64,000 nucleotides of DNA from the NCBI RefSeq assembly GCF_009914755.1, contig NC_060930.1; one strand, given 5' to 3'. Positions 59,745 to 64,000 of this stretch are shown piece by piece. A program made the position numbers and the translations under genes. Each line of letters opens with the position of its first letter. Position 1 is the first letter of the stretch. Under the pieces are notes generated by a model. That model was not told the origin of the DNA, searched no databases, and worked only from the letters and a program-made list of their open reading frames with translations. Origin of the DNA: the human T2T-CHM13v2.0 reference genome, Homo sapiens.

Positions 59745-62700
59745 GATCTGCTGTGGAAACACTGAGGACCTACATGAAGCCACTGAGAAAAAAGAATGTC
59801 CCACAGACCACTTATCTTGAGGTGAAGAAACTCCAAAGATAACATGGTCCAAAAGTACATGGTCAGTAGAATAGTGTTATATAGAACACGGAAATACCAA
59901 AAGGTGATTTATTCTTGGAGTGGGAAAGAAAAACTATGCTATAGGGGAAACAGCTGAGGCACAGAAGGAGATGAAAGCAAATGGCCAAATCCACCAAGAT
60001 CAGCAAGGAGACCAAAGAGGATCTGTATTGTGGGCAAAGTGTAAGTAAAAGAACTTTAGCAGTCCATGGACTGCTGCAGTCTAAACCATGGGAGAGTTTC
60101 TCTGTACCCATTAGCCTTGGCACTAGCATGGGCAATGTTTTGGAAACCCCAAAAGGGCATTGGACCAAATAGAAAACTCATGTTGGATCATTCAACCTAC
60201 CCCTGCCCCCACCAAGACCTAAGCAGCTGCAGTGGGGTGGCCATGTGAGAGCAGATATCACAGGACTGCATCCTGCCCTGGGAACCACAGCCAACATATC
60301 CCCACATCTCAGGAGTCCCCAGTGGCATTCCCCAGTGTCCACCCAGAGGGCTACAATGGCATGGATCTGGCTGGACCCAAAGGTGCTATGGGGTCTCCAG
60401 TACTCTAGCCCACAGAAAGTACTCCTCCCAGGGAAAGGATGGTGCAGTGCACTAAAAATGCAATTCCTGGGAGAATTCCCCATCTGAGACTATGAGACAT
60501 GACCTTATCATCAGCAGTGCCAGAAGCTCTGTGCTCAGACTTGCAAGTGGAAAGTGAGATCCCCTCCCAAAGGCAATCAGCCTCTGTGCTCAGACTCATG
60601 CACAGATGGCAGGACCCCCTTCCTCTGCACACTGCTGCAGGCACAGCCACTGCTGTTGATGCCAGAGGCTGGGTTGGTTGATCCAGAGGACTGCCTGTCT
60701 GGGACTGTGAGTGGTAACTATACCTTAACTGGTAGTATGGCCTCTGTTTCCCAGTGTGTCTCATGCATGAAGTGTGGGGTCTTTCCCCCACTCTGTGTAG
60801 GGCACTGGGTGCTGCTGCCACACATAAGAGAGCCTGAGAGCTGCATGTCTGCAACTATGGGTGGTGATACCACAGTGCAGCCACCACCAACACCAATGTG
60901 CACCACTTAGTACCCAAAGAGTTGTCCTGCTACTACTACTGCCACTTTCCACATCACACCAACACCAGCTGTCTAGGGACCCAAGAACTCGCTCACCCAG
61001 TGGCTTACTACTGCAAAGACTGGCATCCAGGCAAGCAACCTGGAGGCCCAAGAATTGTCCCACTTGGTCGCACTGACACTAGTGCTACAATATGCCATCC
61101 TGGGGTCCATGATCAGGCATGGCTGGTCCACCACTGCCAACACTGAAGACTGAAGCCTTGCCCACTTGGTATCCCTGCCCTCACATGGTGGTTTACATGC
61201 TAAACCACCAAAAAATTACAAATACCACTGACACTATTGACAGCTGAAGAAATCGTAAAGAGACTGGACTATCACACATACCCAGAATCAAAGCCGAAGA
61301 GCCCTACACAACCAACACCACTGATATACCTTCAGGAAAAAGTTCTTCCACACTAAAGCAAATTCATAGAACTGGAAGAAGTAACAATTACATCGGATAC
61401 ACAGATAACAAAATAAGGACACAGGAAACATGAAAAAGCAAGGAAATATGACACCTCCAGGAGAACACAATAATTTCCCAGCAACAGATTCCAATCAAAA
61501 AGAAGTTAATAAAATCCCAGGAAAAGAATTCAAAATTATGACACAAATGAAGCTCAGTGATATATAAGAGAATTCCAAAAAACAATACAAATAAATCAGA
61601 AAAACAATTTAGGGTATTTAGGGTATGAATGAGAAATTTACCTAAGAGATAGATATAATAAAAAAGAACCAAAGAGCAATTTTGGAACTGAAGAATTCCT
61701 CAAATAAAATACAAAATAAATTTGAAAGCTTCAACAACAGACTTGATTAAACAAAAGCAAGAATCTCAGAAATTGAAGACAAATTTTTAAAATAACTCAG
61801 TCCGACAAAAATAAAAAGAAAAGAATAAAATAAGTAGAACAAAGCCTTTGTAATATATGGGATACCATAAAGTGACTCAATAAACAATTTATTGGTATCT
61901 CTGAAGGTGAAGAGAGAACAAAAGTATCTGAAGACCCATTTAGTGAAAGAATGGATGAAAACCTCCAAAATCCAGAAAGAGATTTAAACATCTCTATAAG
62001 AGATCCAGCAATTCCCAATCATATACAATGAAAAAATATGTTTTCCATGGCACATTATAGTCAAACTATCTAAAGTCAATTAAAGAGAAAATTCTAAAAA
62101 TTGCAAGAGAAAATCAGCTAGTCATCTATAAAGGAGCTTCAGTCAGAATAACAGTGGTCTTCTCAGCAAAAACCTTACAGAATGGAATGGGAGGATATAA
62201 GGAAAAAAACCTGCTACCCAAGGATAACTATGTCCAGAAAAATTATTTCTCACAAATGAAAGATAGATAGTCTTTCCCAGGCAAGCTAATACCAAGGGAA
62301 TCATCACCACTAGAACTCCTTTACCAGAAATGTACAAGGGAATTCTAAAGCTGGAAGTGAAATGGTGGCAGTTACTCTCATAAAAAATGCACAAAAATAT
62401 AAAACTCAGTGGTAAAGTAAACAAACAAATGAGTAAGAGAAAATACTCAAATGGCACCACCACAGAAAATCAGCAAACAACAAGGACAATCAATAAGTAA
62501 AAAAGAAAGGAAAAAGAACATAAAAAACAACCAGAAAACAATTAACAATATTACAGGCACAAAACTGCACATATCAATAATAACCGTTCACATAAATAAG
62601 TTAAGTTCTCTGCTCAAAAGTGGCTGAAGGGATTTTTTTTAGTGATCCAACTATATGCTGCCTATAAGAAACACACTCTACCTATAAAGACACATATAGA

Positions 62701-64000
62701 CTGAAAGTAAAGGGATGGGAAATTATATTCCATGCAAATGGAATCCAAAAGTGAGCAGGAGTAGCTATACTTATAGCAGATAAAATCAACTTTAAGTAAA
62801 AAACAGTAGGAAAAAACATACAAAGCAGGTCACTATATAATGATAAAAGGATCAATCCAGAAAAAGGATATAACAATTCTAAGTATGTACGCACCCAACA
62901 CTGGAGCACCCTGTTCATAAAGCAAATATTACTGGATCTAAATAAGGTGATATATTCTAATACAATAAGAGTGGGAGACTTCAACACCCCAGTCTCGACA
63001 TTAGACAAATCATCCAGACAAAATCAATAAAAACATCACACTTAAACTGAACTTCAGATCAAATGAACATAACAGACATTTCCAGAACATTTTATCCAAC
63101 CCTTCAGAATATACATTCTTATCAGCACATGGAACATTCTCTAGGATTGACCATATATTAGAACACAAAACAAGTTTCAATTAAAAATAAAAAGCATACC
63201 AGATATCTTCTCAAACCACAATGAAATAAAACTGGAAATTGATACCAAGAGGAACTTTGGAAACTATACAAACACAGGGAATTAAACAAGATACTTTTGA
63301 CTATGAATGGGTCAATGAGGAAATACAAATGGAAATTTAAAAATTTCTTGAAACAAATGAAAATTGAAACACAAGAAACCAAAAGCAAAGGGACACAGCA
63401 AAAGCAGTGCTAAAAGGGAAGTTTATAGCAATAAATGCCTATGTAAAAACAATTTCAAATAAACATCTATGATGCACCTCATGAATCTAGAAAAGCAAGA
63501 ATAAACCAAACCAAAAATTAGCCTAAGAAAATAAATAAGAAACATCAGAGCAGAACTAGATAAAATAGAGACTAGAAAAACAATACAAAGGATCAATGAA
63601 ATGAAAAGTTTGTTCTTTGAAAACATAAACAAAATATATAAAGCTCTGACCAGACTAAGCAAGGAGAAGACCCATGTAAACACTCATACATGAAAGATGA
63701 TACATTACAACAAATATCACAGAAATTAAAAGATCATCAGAGACTATAGTGAAAACTATACATTCACAAACCAGAAAACTTAGAGAAAACTAACAATTCT
63801 TGGAAATATACAACCTACCCTGATTGAATCAGGTATAAATAGAAAACCTGAACAGACCAATAACAAGTAACAAGATTGAAATAGTAATAAAGTCTCCCAA
63901 CAAAAACAAAAAAGAGGCTGGATGGATTCACTGAAGAATTCTATCAAACATATAAAAAAGAACTAATACCAATTCTCCTCCAACTGTTCCCTCCAAAAAT
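59745..64000 (+). mobile_element. Old L1 (L1MA/L1M2-type): 5'UTR, decayed ORF1 and ORF2 start, running off the window
   Basis: GC-richer 5'UTR to about 61.4 kb; ORF1-like atgaaaaagcaaggaaatatgacacctcc; ORF2 EN motifs ggagacttcaacacccc and aaccacaatgaaataaaactggaa. Confidence 0.85.

Noticed and set aside
59863-61146. Dense cluster of overlapping ORFs
   Set aside because: GC-richer 5'UTR of an old L1; the scarcity of stops is compositional.

Overview
Primate, almost certainly human, genomic DNA (a human-specific AluYa5 is present). It is AT-rich and dominated by interspersed repeats: Alu, L1, L2, MIR, MaLR/ERVL LTRs and hAT MERs. The only convincing non-repeat gene feature is a minus-strand terminal exon at about 32352->31795, with a strong acceptor and branch point, a short acidic C-terminal frame, retained CpGs, a U49 tract and AATAAA followed by a GU-rich element. 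I cannot name the gene; the rest of it would lie at higher coordinates. 34.5-50.5 kb is a nest: an ancient, near full-length L1MD-type element holds an AluJ, an L1MC-type 3' fragment, a full-length L1PA3/4-type element, an AluYa5 and a 5'-truncated L1PA7-type element. The most interesting hypothesis is that the antisense promoter/ORF0 of the full-length L1PA points at the terminal exon 6.5 kb away, and its first splice donor would join that exon in an open frame (predicted 91-aa fusion). I found no CRISPR array, rRNA or tRNA, and no demonstrably new multi-gene system. Subfamily calls are from remembered consensus motifs, and boundaries of old repeats are approximate.
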